The translations under genes were made by a program, and so were the position numbers. Below are positions 27,816-36,887 of a stretch of DNA of 59,271 bases, piece after piece. The number at the start of each line of letters is the position of its first letter. Position 1 is the first letter of the stretch. The stretch lies in the NCBI GenBank assembly GCA_903845295.1, contig CAIMWV010000030.1, forward strand, positions 1 through 59,271, given 5' to 3'. The stretch comes from Candidatus Staskawiczbacteria bacterium (GTDB lineage Bacteria; Patescibacteriota; Minisyncoccia; Minisyncoccales; Staskawiczbacteraceae). The notes beneath the pieces were generated by a model. That model saw only the letters and a list, made by a program, of their open reading frames with translations, was not told the origin of the DNA and did not search any database.

Positions 27816-29060
27816 ATGGCAACATTAAAAAAAGAAGATCCGCAGGTGGCAAAATTAATTGAACTGGAAACAGAGCGCCAGAAAACAATGTTGGAAATGA
27901 TTCCATCGGAAAATCATACTTCGCCGGCAGTGAGGGAAGCTTTAGGTTCGATTATGACCGACAAATACGCCGAAGGATATCCGGGCAAAAGATATTACGC
28001 CGGTTTGGAATACTATGACAAACTGGAAACTCTGTGCATTGAAAGGGCAAAAAAATTATTCAAGGTTCCGCATGCCAATGTCCAGCCCTATTCCGGCTCG
28101 CCGGCAAATATGGCGGTTTATATGGCAACCTGCAATCCGGGAGAAACTGTCACGGGCATGGCTTTGCCAATGGGCGGGCACTTAACTCATGGATGGAAAG
28201 TTAATTTTTCCGCCAAATTTTTTAATTCAGTCCAATATGGCGTGGATGAAAAAACTAATTTGATTGATTATGAAGCCGTTAGAAAAATCGTAGAGGCCGC
28301 AAAACCAAAATTAATGTGGGTGGGAGCCACGGCTTACCCAAGGATTTTTGACTGGGCAAAATTCAGGGAAATAGCTGACTCTGTAGGCGCTTATCTGGCC
28401 GCTGATATCGCCCATATCGCAGGACTGGTTGTAGCCGGAGTTCATCCAAGTCCTGTCCCATACGTACATATTGTCTCTACGACTACTCATAAAACGCTCC
28501 GTGGGCCGCGGGGAGGCATGATAATGGTGACAGATGAAGGATTAAAGAAAGATCCGGAATTAGCCAAAAAGATTGATAAGGCCGTATTTCCGGGCCTGCA
28601 AGGGGGACCGCATATGAATAGGGTGGCGGCCTTGGCGGTCTGCCTGAAAGAGGCATCAACCCCGGCGTTTAAAAAATATGGCAAGCAAGTCGTGAAAAAC
28701 GCCAAGGCCTTGGCCGAAGAATTAAAAAAACTCGGTTTTAAATTAATCACCGGCGGTACAGAAAATCATTTATTACTATTGGATTTGCGCAATAAAAATA
28801 TTTCCGGTTCAGATGCCCATATAAGACTGGAAAAAGCCGGAATCATCATCAATAAAAATTCCATTCCCTTTGACCCTAATCCGCCGTTCAAACCATCGGG
28901 CATAAGAATGGGAACTCCTGCCATCACCACCCAGGGAATGAAAGAAAAAGAAATGAAAATTATCGCCGGATTCATAAATGAAGTTATTTCTGACGAAAAA
29001 TCGGTGTTTAAAATCGGGCAGAAGGTAAAAACGCTTTGCAGGAAGTTTCCGCTTCCTTAA
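27816..29060 (+). CDS. glyA: Serine hydroxymethyltransferase
   Basis: IPSEN, KYAEGYPGKRYYAG, GGHLTHG, STTTHKTLRGPRGG. Confidence 0.97.
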   Translation: MATLKKEDPQVAKLIELETERQKTMLEMIPSENHTSPAVREALGSIMTDKYAEGYPGKRYYAGLEYYDKLETLCIERAKKLFKVPHANVQPYSGSPANMAVYMATCNPGETVTGMALPMGGHLTHGWKVNFSAKFFNSVQYGVDEKTNLIDYEAVRKIVEAAKPKLMWVGATAYPRIFDWAKFREIADSVGAYLAADIAHIAGLVVAGVHPSPVPYVHIVSTTTHKTLRGPRGGMIMVTDEGLKKDPELAKKIDKAVFPGLQGGPHMNRVAALAVCLKEASTPAFKKYGKQVVKNAKALAEELKKLGFKLITGGTENHLLLLDLRNKNISGSDAHIRLEKAGIIINKNSIPFDPNPPFKPSGIRMGTPAITTQGMKEKEMKIIAGFINEVISDEKSVFKIGQKVKTLCRKFPLP

Positions 29061-29067
29061 AAATCAA

Positions 29068-29574
29068 ATGACTTTTTCAGTTTTCAAAAATATTAATCGG
29101 TTTGCCAATAAGTCAAAATTGCTCGACTCATCTGCGGTTTTTTGCGCAAGGTATCTTCCGTATTTAATGATCATATTTTTGTTACTGTTTGCTCTTGCTA
29201 CCGGCAGCTGGCAGATATTTTTCTATCCTTTGCTGTCCGGATTGATTTCGGCATTTGTTTTCGATAAACTAATTTATGTTTTTTATAAAAGACACAGGCC
29301 GGCTGAGTTAAAAAGTGCTAATATACTGATACCTGTGCCCAAAAATCCATCTTTTCCGTCACGCCATACATCCCTTCTTTTCGGGATCTCTTTTTATCTA
29401 TTTTTTTACAACACTCCTTTGGCAATATTTTTTGTCATATGCTCATGCCTGGTTGGAATTGCCAGAGTTTTTTGCGGGGTCCACTGGTTCAGCGATATTC
29501 TAGCAGGAGCATTTGTGGGGCTTGTGTCTACTTTGGCAGTGTATGGTTTATTAAACTGCATAAAATTTATTTGA
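29068..29574 (+). CDS. PAP2 family phosphatase (BcrC-like)
   Basis: KRHRP, SFPSRH, ARVFCGVHWFSDILAG. Confidence 0.85.
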   Translation: MTFSVFKNINRFANKSKLLDSSAVFCARYLPYLMIIFLLLFALATGSWQIFFYPLLSGLISAFVFDKLIYVFYKRHRPAELKSANILIPVPKNPSFPSRHTSLLFGISFYLFFYNTPLAIFFVICSCLVGIARVFCGVHWFSDILAGAFVGLVSTLAVYGLLNCIKFI

Positions 29575-29586
29575 GATAAAAGATAT

Positions 29587-30897
29587 ATGCCAAAAAATTT
29601 AGAAGAATACCAGCCGGACAGATATGACAAAGAGGTTCTTTCCGTTGCGGAATTGTATACGCAATTTCCCGGTATAAAAGAAGCGACGGAGCAAATGGAG
29701 AAAGTGCTGAAAAATGGCGAACACAGCCCAGAGTTTGTCAAAGAAATGGAATTTGCATTGCAGAATTTAAGGGGTGCAACGGAAATTTTGGAGATTTCCC
29801 TAAAAAATCAGGAAGAGTATGGCTTAGTAGATAAACGCTGGATGAGAGAGCCAGAGTTTATGAAAAATGCCCTTGAAAAAGGCCGTCTTGCCATGGAGCT
29901 TGATGTAAGAATAGATAAGGACGGAAAATTTTGGGTTTCCCATGCGACCGGAGCAAGGTCAAGCGTCTTGCCTCCTTTTATCAACGCCATGACGACAGAA
30001 GAAATGGAAGAAAAAGGCCGGCGTTTTACAGTTGAAGAGGCTTTTGAAATTTTTTCGAAATACAAAGACCGCGGGCACAAGCTTATTCTAGAATTAAAGA
30101 CGCTTGGTCCAGATGAAAAAAAATTTCCGGAGGTGGTGGAATCTTTAAAAAAGTTGATTGATGAAAAAGGGCTTTCTGAGGCAGTTGCTGTTTCTTCTTT
30201 ATCCCCGGGCGTTTTAATGTCAGTGCACGAATCAATCCCCGAAATGCCGCTTATTTTGAACGGCGGCATTGTTCCAATCGTAAGTTATGAAAAGCCGGCT
30301 GGAAAACAAACAAAAACTGAAAAAGCGGTAAGCAATATTTTAAGAAAAATTATTCCGACTGATAAAAAATGGAGGGCGTTTGGACTAGATCTCCCGGTAT
30401 TGGGCAAGGTTTTTGAAGTTGTTGTTTCTGCCTCGGAAAAAACTATACGCCGGCCGGATGGGGAAGGAACACAGACAGGATATGCTTTAACGCGATTGCC
30501 TGAAGACCTTGTAAAAGTATTGCGCGAGCAAAGAAAAAAAGGAATGAAGTTTGGCGGAATGGTTTCACTTTCCGCAGTTACTATTTTAGCCAGTGTTTTA
30601 GAAAATTTAGGAGCAACAAAAGAAGCCGAAGAAATGAGGCGGTATTATAACGAAATAGTAGATGATCTGGGTTTGGGTAAAATGGCCACAACATGGGGAC
30701 AGGGGCTGAATAAAATTCCTCTTTTGGGTAATACTCTTTTTAAAAATTTAAAACCCGAGGAGCAAATAAGAATTTTTAAGGAGCAACTGGGAATAGACGT
30801 GTTGATATACACCAAGTCGCCGGAGGCCTTTGCTCATAAACTTGAGCCATTTTCAATTTACAAACAGAAGATAAAAAAGAAAAAGGAAAAAAAATAG
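29587..30897 (+). CDS. Glycerophosphodiester phosphodiesterase-like protein, divergent
   Basis: ELDVRIDKDG..VSH and ILELK match GDPD motifs; canonical HRG reads LRG. Confidence 0.5.
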   Translation: MPKNLEEYQPDRYDKEVLSVAELYTQFPGIKEATEQMEKVLKNGEHSPEFVKEMEFALQNLRGATEILEISLKNQEEYGLVDKRWMREPEFMKNALEKGRLAMELDVRIDKDGKFWVSHATGARSSVLPPFINAMTTEEMEEKGRRFTVEEAFEIFSKYKDRGHKLILELKTLGPDEKKFPEVVESLKKLIDEKGLSEAVAVSSLSPGVLMSVHESIPEMPLILNGGIVPIVSYEKPAGKQTKTEKAVSNILRKIIPTDKKWRAFGLDLPVLGKVFEVVVSASEKTIRRPDGEGTQTGYALTRLPEDLVKVLREQRKKGMKFGGMVSLSAVTILASVLENLGATKEAEEMRRYYNEIVDDLGLGKMATTWGQGLNKIPLLGNTLFKNLKPEEQIRIFKEQLGIDVLIYTKSPEAFAHKLEPFSIYKQKIKKKKEKK

Positions 30898-30934
30898 GGA
30901 TTTGCACCCTGTTAAGCCATTTAAAATTATAATA

Positions 30935-31669
30935 ATGAAAATTGTATTTTTAGGAGTAGGGGAAGCATTTGACGAAAACTTTCCCAACAATTCGCATTTG
31001 TTATCATCTGAAAAAACTAATTTGCTGGTTGACTGCGGATACACCGTGCCGCCGCAGTTGTGGAAATTTAATCCAGATCCTAATTTTTTGGATGCAATCT
31101 ATATCAGCCACCAGCACGCAGATCATTTTTTTGGTTTACCGGCTGTTCTCATGCGTATGTGGGAGGATGGCAGAAAAAGAGATTTAACAATTATCGGCCA
31201 GAAGGGATTGCAGGATTTTATGGATTACGCATACAAGGGTTTTTTGGAAAAATTTAAATACAAGATTAACTTAGTGGAATCAAAAGAAGGCGGAGCAATT
31301 AATTTCCAGGATTTAGAATTGTCATTTACAAAAACAGTGCATTCAGGAGAAAATTTGGCTGTAAAAATAACCGATGGGAAAAATATTTATGCTTATAGCG
31401 GGGACGGTTCGCCTTTGCCCGGAACTGATTTCTATAAAAATTTGGATCTGCTTGTTTTGGAAACATATTTATATGACCAGGAAAAAATCGGCCACTCTTC
31501 AATTATTTCTGCTATTAAATTTGCCGAAGGAAACAACGCAAAATGTTTGGCGTTAACGCATATGAACAGATATTTCAGAAAAAACGATTTGCCAAAAATC
31601 AAAAACAAGATAAAATCTCGTAAGGTTAAGATAATAATTCCCGAATCCCTGGACGAATATGAGATATAA
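30935..31669 (+). CDS. RNase Z-like metallo-beta-lactamase fold protein
   Basis: LGVGEA, LVDCG, ISHQHADH (HxHxDH), YSGDG, GHSS, LTHM. Confidence 0.8.
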   Translation: MKIVFLGVGEAFDENFPNNSHLLSSEKTNLLVDCGYTVPPQLWKFNPDPNFLDAIYISHQHADHFFGLPAVLMRMWEDGRKRDLTIIGQKGLQDFMDYAYKGFLEKFKYKINLVESKEGGAINFQDLELSFTKTVHSGENLAVKITDGKNIYAYSGDGSPLPGTDFYKNLDLLVLETYLYDQEKIGHSSIISAIKFAEGNNAKCLALTHMNRYFRKNDLPKIKNKIKSRKVKIIIPESLDEYEI

Positions 31670-31693
31670 AAAACGGGCTTTTAGCCCGTTTTT
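31668..31693. terminator. Bidirectional terminator between the RNase Z-like gene and tRNA-Leu
   Basis: AAAAACGGGC-TTTTA-GCCCGTTTTT. Confidence 0.8.
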
Positions 31694-31700
31694 ATTTATG

Positions 31701-31784
31701 TGCCCGAGGTGGGAGTTGAACCCACAATTCCGTAAGGAAATGCGATTTTGAGTCGCACGCGTATGCCAATTCCGCCACTCGGGC
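31701..31784 (-). tRNA. tRNA-Leu (CAA), CCA not encoded
   Basis: GCCCGAG acceptor stem, D-loop GGAATTGG, anticodon arm TGCGA-CTCAAAA-TCGCA, long variable arm, GGTTCAACTCC T-arm. Confidence 0.95.
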
Positions 31785-31827
31785 TTACTACAAATTATTT
31801 TGCCACATTTTACGGCTTTTTTCAAGA

Positions 31828-31994
31828 AATCCTGCTACCCTCTAATTTTTTCGTTGCGAAATGCAGGAATTTTGAAGCGAAAAATCAGAAAATTGAGGAG
31901 GCATACTGACAAAGTAATGTCTGCCGACGAGATTTTATGATTTTGCAGCCTAAATTACAAGTTTTAGCAAAAAAAATCAGAGGGCAGCAGGATT
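31828..31994 (-). repeat. Intergenic inverted-repeat module D between rel and tRNA-Leu
   Basis: Arms AATCCTGCTACCCTCTAATTTTTT / AAAAAATCAGAGGGCAGCAGGATT; the two mismatches are G.U pairs on the minus strand. Confidence 0.75.
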
Positions 31995-31995
31995 A

Positions 31996-33729
31996 TTACT
32001 CCCACGAAGCTTCGATTATTTTTTCCGGGAATTTTTCAGCTATTTTCTTGAAATTATTGCACGATGTCTTATGTAAAACAGCAGCTCTATTCTGCGCAAG
32101 GTATGCATTAACCTTATCTCCCGGCTGAGGACTGCAACACTTTGCAATATGGATAAGTATGCCTTTCTGTCCGGCCAGAAAAATTTGCCCCATATTTCCT
32201 TTCGCGATCTTCAGTTTCTCCTCTTTTCTTTTTTGAGAAGCTTCGGAAATTTCTATAATCTTTTTTCTTATAAAGCCGGGCAGGGGAAATCTGAAGCCGG
32301 ATTTTTCTTCGCCGGTCAGTCTTTTTATGTGAGACCGCGCTAAAGGTGTCTTAACAAATTTTAGCCAATCTTTTGACGGGATTTTGTTTTTGTTTGTTGC
32401 GACTTCCACAACATCCCCGTTTTCTAAAATGTGGTTAAGCTGCACTATTTTGCCGCTTATTTTTGCCGATTCGCAATGGTTTCCGATATCTGAATGCACG
32501 GCGTATGCAAAATCAACGGGAGTCGAATCTTTGGGCAAAACAATGACGTCTCCTTTCGGGGTGAAAGTAAAAACCTTATTTTCAAAGAAATCTATTTTGA
32601 AAGTTTTCCAAAACTCAGGAATATTTTTCATCCATTCAAAATTTTCCCCTTCTTTGATAAGGTCAATTTTTTCCTTATATGACCAGTGGGCGCAGATGCC
32701 GTATTCGGCTTCTTTGTGCATCTCTTCTGTTTTTATCTGGACTTCGGTTATTTCGCCCTCCTGCAAAAAAATAGTGGTATGCAGAGATCTGTAGCCGTTC
32801 GGCTTCGGTTTGGCTATATAATCGTTTATTTCTTCAGAAATCGGCTTGAAGTGCTTGTGTATTATGCCTAAAATCCGGTAACAGCTTTCAACATCAGTGG
32901 TAATTACCCTTAATGCAAGCAGGTCGTGGATTTCGTCAAAATTCATGTTGTGGCGTATAAGCTTTTGATAGGTGCTCCAGTAAGATTTTGCCCGGTAGTT
33001 TATATCCAAAATTTTTACCCTTTCTTTTTTAAAAATTTTTTTAAGCCGCGGGATGAATTTTCTTAGATATTTTTCTCTTTCTTCGTGCTCTCCTTTGATG
33101 TTTTCTTTAAGCCATTTAAATTTATCCGGGAACAGGCATGCGAAAGCCCCGTCTTCGAGGACTCTCCTTATTCCGGACAATCCCAGTCTGTTGGCGATAG
33201 GTACAAAAATCTGCAAGGTTTCAAGGGAATATAATTTTTGCTGGTCTTCGGGCAAACGTTGCAAAAAATTCATTCCATCTAATCTTGAAACAAGCTCCAC
33301 TAAAACCACCCTTAAATCCCCGGACAGCGCCAAAAACATCCTTCTTAAATTCTCAATTTTTTCCCTGGTGAATGTTTTCTTCTCCCTTATGCCGACAGAC
33401 AAGGAGTAGCGGACCCTGCTGAGTTCTGAATTTTTTTCTATTAAACGGCTTATTTCCTTCCCGAATTTTTTTTCAATCTCTTTTGTTTCAACTTTTCTGA
33501 CAAAACCGGGGACATCATCCAATACGTCGTGAAGAAGCCCAAAGGCGATTGTTGTCGGATCCAAGTCCATTTTATCAAGAGCCAAAGCCACCCTCGTTGC
33601 ATGGATAATATAATTTTCCCCGGAAAGCCTGTATCTGTCTTTATAGGCCTGGGTCGCAAATTCAAAAGCCGACTCAATCAGTTTTGGGTCTGAACTTCTT
33701 TTTATTATTTTTTGTATGTCACCGCTCAT
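31996..33729 (-). CDS. rel: RelA/SpoT homolog (HD, synthetase, TGS, ZFD; no ACT domain)
   Basis: LLHD, DLLALRVI, YIAKPKPNGYRSLHTT, EVQIKT..MH..AEYG..AHWSYKE, FTPKGD, KCCSP.PGD. Confidence 0.9.
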   Translation of the reverse strand: MSGDIQKIIKRSSDPKLIESAFEFATQAYKDRYRLSGENYIIHATRVALALDKMDLDPTTIAFGLLHDVLDDVPGFVRKVETKEIEKKFGKEISRLIEKNSELSRVRYSLSVGIREKKTFTREKIENLRRMFLALSGDLRVVLVELVSRLDGMNFLQRLPEDQQKLYSLETLQIFVPIANRLGLSGIRRVLEDGAFACLFPDKFKWLKENIKGEHEEREKYLRKFIPRLKKIFKKERVKILDINYRAKSYWSTYQKLIRHNMNFDEIHDLLALRVITTDVESCYRILGIIHKHFKPISEEINDYIAKPKPNGYRSLHTTIFLQEGEITEVQIKTEEMHKEAEYGICAHWSYKEKIDLIKEGENFEWMKNIPEFWKTFKIDFFENKVFTFTPKGDVIVLPKDSTPVDFAYAVHSDIGNHCESAKISGKIVQLNHILENGDVVEVATNKNKIPSKDWLKFVKTPLARSHIKRLTGEEKSGFRFPLPGFIRKKIIEISEASQKRKEEKLKIAKGNMGQIFLAGQKGILIHIAKCCSPQPGDKVNAYLAQNRAAVLHKTSCNNFKKIAEKFPEKIIEASWE

Positions 33730-35744
33730 CTGATATAATCACATTCTTTGTTAGAACACTTTATTTTTTTGCCCTTTTCTATCAATATAGAATCGCATTT
33801 GGGGCAAAACTCATTTACGGGCTTATCCCATAAGGCAAAATCGCATTTTGGAAAATGGTTGCATCCATAAAATGTTTTTCCTTTTTTTGTCCGCTTCCCG
33901 GTTATCTTTCCTTCTTTGCATTTCGGGCAGGTTATATTCAAAGTATCCGGGTCTCCCTCAATGGATTCTGTATATTTGCATTCCGGGAATTTTGAGCATG
34001 CGTAAAATCTGCCAAATCTTCCAAGGCGTTCAATCAACGGAGCTCCGCACTTCGGGCAGACTTTGTTTGTTTTTTTGGTTAAATCTGTTTTTACTACTTC
34101 TTTATATTTTTCTTCCAGATTTTTGGCAAAAGGATTATAAAAATCTCTGCAGGTTTTTTCCCATGTGTCTTTGCCCTCTGCCACTTCGTCCAATTCTTTT
34201 TCCATTTTTGCCGTAAAATCAATATCAACGATTTCTGGAAAATTTTTCACCAAAACATCATTAACTATTATTCCCATCTCGCTAGGGAAAAATCTTCTCT
34301 GGTCATTTTCAGCAACATAATTCCTTTCTTGTATGGTAGATATGATCGGGGCATAGGTTGACGGCCTGCCGATGCCATGTTTTTCCAAAGTCTTTATCAG
34401 GCTGGCTTCGGTGTATCTTGCCGGGGGTTCGGTAAAATGCTGGAGGGAGTCCAATTTTAAAAGATTTAAAACATCATTTTTTTCTAAATCAGGCAGTTCT
34501 GTTTCTTCAAATTTTGTCGGATAAACTTTCAAAAAACCGTCAAACTTTAACGTCTGGCCGTTTGCCCTGAATGTATAATTACTTGCGTTTATGTCTGCGG
34601 ATACAGAATCAAAGACAGCCAAAGCCATCTGGGAGGCGATAAACCTTTGCCAGATTAATGTATAGAGTTTCAGCTGCCTTGCATCAATTCCTTTTAAAGA
34701 CTCTGGATTTTTGTCTGCATAGGTCGGCCTGATTGCCTCATGGGCTTCTTGGGCTCCGCTGCTCTTTGTTTTGTACTTTACCAATCTGCCTGCCCAGTAA
34801 TTCTGCCCGAATTTTTCTGATATAAGTTTTTTTGCGGAATTTAATGACATCTCCGAGAGGTTCAGTGAATCTGTTCTGTGGTAAGTTATATTTCCTTCTT
34901 CATAAAGCCTTTGGGCCAGAGACATAGTCATTTTTGCAGAAAATTTAAATCTTTGCCAAGCCGCCTGTTGAAGGGTGCTTGTTGTGAACGGGGGTGCGGG
35001 ATATCTTTTCGTTTCTTTTTTTTCTACGGATTCAACAATATAATCTGCATTAGTTAAATCCTGCAGAATTTTGTCTGCCTCGGTTTTATTCTTTATTTCC
35101 AGCTTGTCTAAAGCCTTTCCGTCCTTTTTGACTAAAGATGCGTTAAATTCTTTATCTACTTTTTTCAGCAAAACCTCAATACCCCAATATTCCTGTGCAA
35201 CAAACTTTTCTATTTCCCTTTCTCTCTCAACAATTAATCTCACGGCAACCGACTGCACTCTGCCGGCTGAAAGTCCTTTCGCGACTTTTTTCCATAAAAA
35301 CGGTGATATTTTATAACCTACAATCCTGTCTAAAATTCTTCTGGCCTGTTGGGCATCGACTAAATTCATATCTATGTGCCTAGGCGTTTTTAAAGCATTT
35401 TCAATTGCTGTTTTGGTAATTTCATGGAATACAATTCTCTGCGGATTTTTTAATTTTAAAGCCTCCTGCAAATGCCAGGCAATTGATTCTCCTTCGCGGT
35501 CCTCATCAGTCGCCAGAATTGTATTGTCTGCTTTCGCAGATTCTTTTTTCAGTTCAGACACAACTTTTTTAGCTTTTGTCGGTATGACATATTTTGGCTT
35601 AAAGCCATTTTCGACATCAACGCCAAGCTCCCTTTTCGGCAGATCCCTTACATGTCCAAAAGACGACTTGATAATAAAGTCGTTTCCCAAAAATTTTTGA
35701 ATTGTTTTTGCCTTCGTCGGGCTTTCCACTATTACTAAATCCAT
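33726..35744 (-). CDS. topA: DNA topoisomerase I
   Basis: IVESPTKAK, ATDEDREGE, AGRVQS, ITYHRTDS, three C-terminal zinc ribbons. Confidence 0.97.
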   Translation of the reverse strand: MDLVIVESPTKAKTIQKFLGNDFIIKSSFGHVRDLPKRELGVDVENGFKPKYVIPTKAKKVVSELKKESAKADNTILATDEDREGESIAWHLQEALKLKNPQRIVFHEITKTAIENALKTPRHIDMNLVDAQQARRILDRIVGYKISPFLWKKVAKGLSAGRVQSVAVRLIVEREREIEKFVAQEYWGIEVLLKKVDKEFNASLVKKDGKALDKLEIKNKTEADKILQDLTNADYIVESVEKKETKRYPAPPFTTSTLQQAAWQRFKFSAKMTMSLAQRLYEEGNITYHRTDSLNLSEMSLNSAKKLISEKFGQNYWAGRLVKYKTKSSGAQEAHEAIRPTYADKNPESLKGIDARQLKLYTLIWQRFIASQMALAVFDSVSADINASNYTFRANGQTLKFDGFLKVYPTKFEETELPDLEKNDVLNLLKLDSLQHFTEPPARYTEASLIKTLEKHGIGRPSTYAPIISTIQERNYVAENDQRRFFPSEMGIIVNDVLVKNFPEIVDIDFTAKMEKELDEVAEGKDTWEKTCRDFYNPFAKNLEEKYKEVVKTDLTKKTNKVCPKCGAPLIERLGRFGRFYACSKFPECKYTESIEGDPDTLNITCPKCKEGKITGKRTKKGKTFYGCNHFPKCDFALWDKPVNEFCPKCDSILIEKGKKIKCSNKECDYIR

Positions 35745-35752
35745 AATAAATT

Positions 35753-35794
35753 CTAATTTAATGAATACATATTTGCTCTGAGACCGCGTATTTT
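35753..35794 (-). pseudogene. Diverged duplicate of the last 14 codons of dprA
   Basis: Encodes KIRGLRANMYSLN* versus the dprA end KIRSLRANIYSLN* (35847-35888); 34/42 nt identical. Confidence 0.75.
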
Positions 35795-35846
35795 ATATAG
35801 GAAGGATGCAAGCTCAATAAAATTTTTCGGGCAACGATAAACTATC

Positions 35847-36788
35847 TTAGTTTAATGAGTAGATATTGGCTCTGAGACTTCTTATTTTACCTGAAACCTC
35901 CATTAATGCAAGCGTGCTTGCCACGGCCGATGCGCTTAATTTCGTTTTTTCTATGATTTTATCTACGTGTAATGGCTCATCTTTTAATGCGTCTATAATC
36001 AATTTTTCCTCTAAATTTTCCGCAGAAAATTCGTTCTGGGCAAAATTGAAGGATTGCAACCCCAATTCATTCAGAATATCAGTTGTACCGGTAATTAATT
36101 TAGCGCCATTTTTTATCAGTTTATTCGGGCCCGCGGAGTTTAAAGAATAAATGGGGCCGGGCACGGCAAACAGTTTTTTATTCTGTTTTATTGCATAATC
36201 GGCGGTTATCAACGAGCCGGATTTTTCTTTCGCTTCTATTACTAATACGGCTAAGCTCAGGCCGCTGATTATCCTATTCCGCCTGGGGAAAGAAAATTTA
36301 GATCCCGGCGTGCCTTCGGGCAATTCAGAAATAAGGCATCCGCCGCACTCTATAATCTTTTTGGATAAATCTAAATTTGCCTGCGGATAAATTGATTTTT
36401 CATCTAATCCTGTGCCCAATACAGCGATTGTGCGTTTTCTTTTTTCAACTGCAGCCCCGTGGCTGAATGTATCGATTCCCGGAGCTAATCCCGAAATAAT
36501 CGTAAGCCCTGCGTCAGATAATTCGCCGGATATTTTTGAAGCAACTTGCTGGCCGTACGGCGAGTAACGCCTTGTCCCGACAATCGCGATGCATTTTTCA
36601 TCGGGGTTTGATAAAATTCCTCTATAATATAAAACCTTCGGCGCATCTTTAATTTTTTTCAAATCTTCCGGGTATTCTTTTTCCTCAATTTTTACAATTT
36701 TCACCCCCGCACCAAACGGATGCTGGGTTTTGTTACTCAAAATGTTAAAATTTTTATCCATTATGGTGTGGGGGTTAATTTCTTCCAT
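35847..36788 (-). CDS. dprA: DNA-processing protein DprA
   Basis: AIVGTR, ISGLAPGID..SH, IAVLGTG, FPRRNRIISGLS, EA..KSGSLITA, winged-helix C-terminus. Confidence 0.96.
   Translation of the reverse strand: MEEINPHTIMDKNFNILSNKTQHPFGAGVKIVKIEEKEYPEDLKKIKDAPKVLYYRGILSNPDEKCIAIVGTRRYSPYGQQVASKISGELSDAGLTIISGLAPGIDTFSHGAAVEKRKRTIAVLGTGLDEKSIYPQANLDLSKKIIECGGCLISELPEGTPGSKFSFPRRNRIISGLSLAVLVIEAKEKSGSLITADYAIKQNKKLFAVPGPIYSLNSAGPNKLIKNGAKLITGTTDILNELGLQSFNFAQNEFSAENLEEKLIIDALKDEPLHVDKIIEKTKLSASAVASTLALMEVSGKIRSLRANIYSLN
36702..36776 (-). repeat. 75-nt inverted-repeat element in frame in the dprA N-terminus
   Basis: ACCCCCGCACCA (36703-36714) / TGGTGTGGGGGT (36764-36775); encodes NPHT...FGAGV between MEEI and KIVKIEE. 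Confidence 0.65.
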
Positions 36789-36887
36789 TTGTTTGTTTAT
36801 AATAACATAAAACTTTCAAACTCTTGAATTCTCCGGATTTTAAAGTAGAATCTAAACCAGTAACTTGACATTGGGAGGGGGTGCAAG

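Noticed and set aside
35753-35888. dprA tail duplication as a DGR template/variable repeat pair
   Set aside because: Differences are not confined to adenines of one copy and no reverse transcriptase is present.
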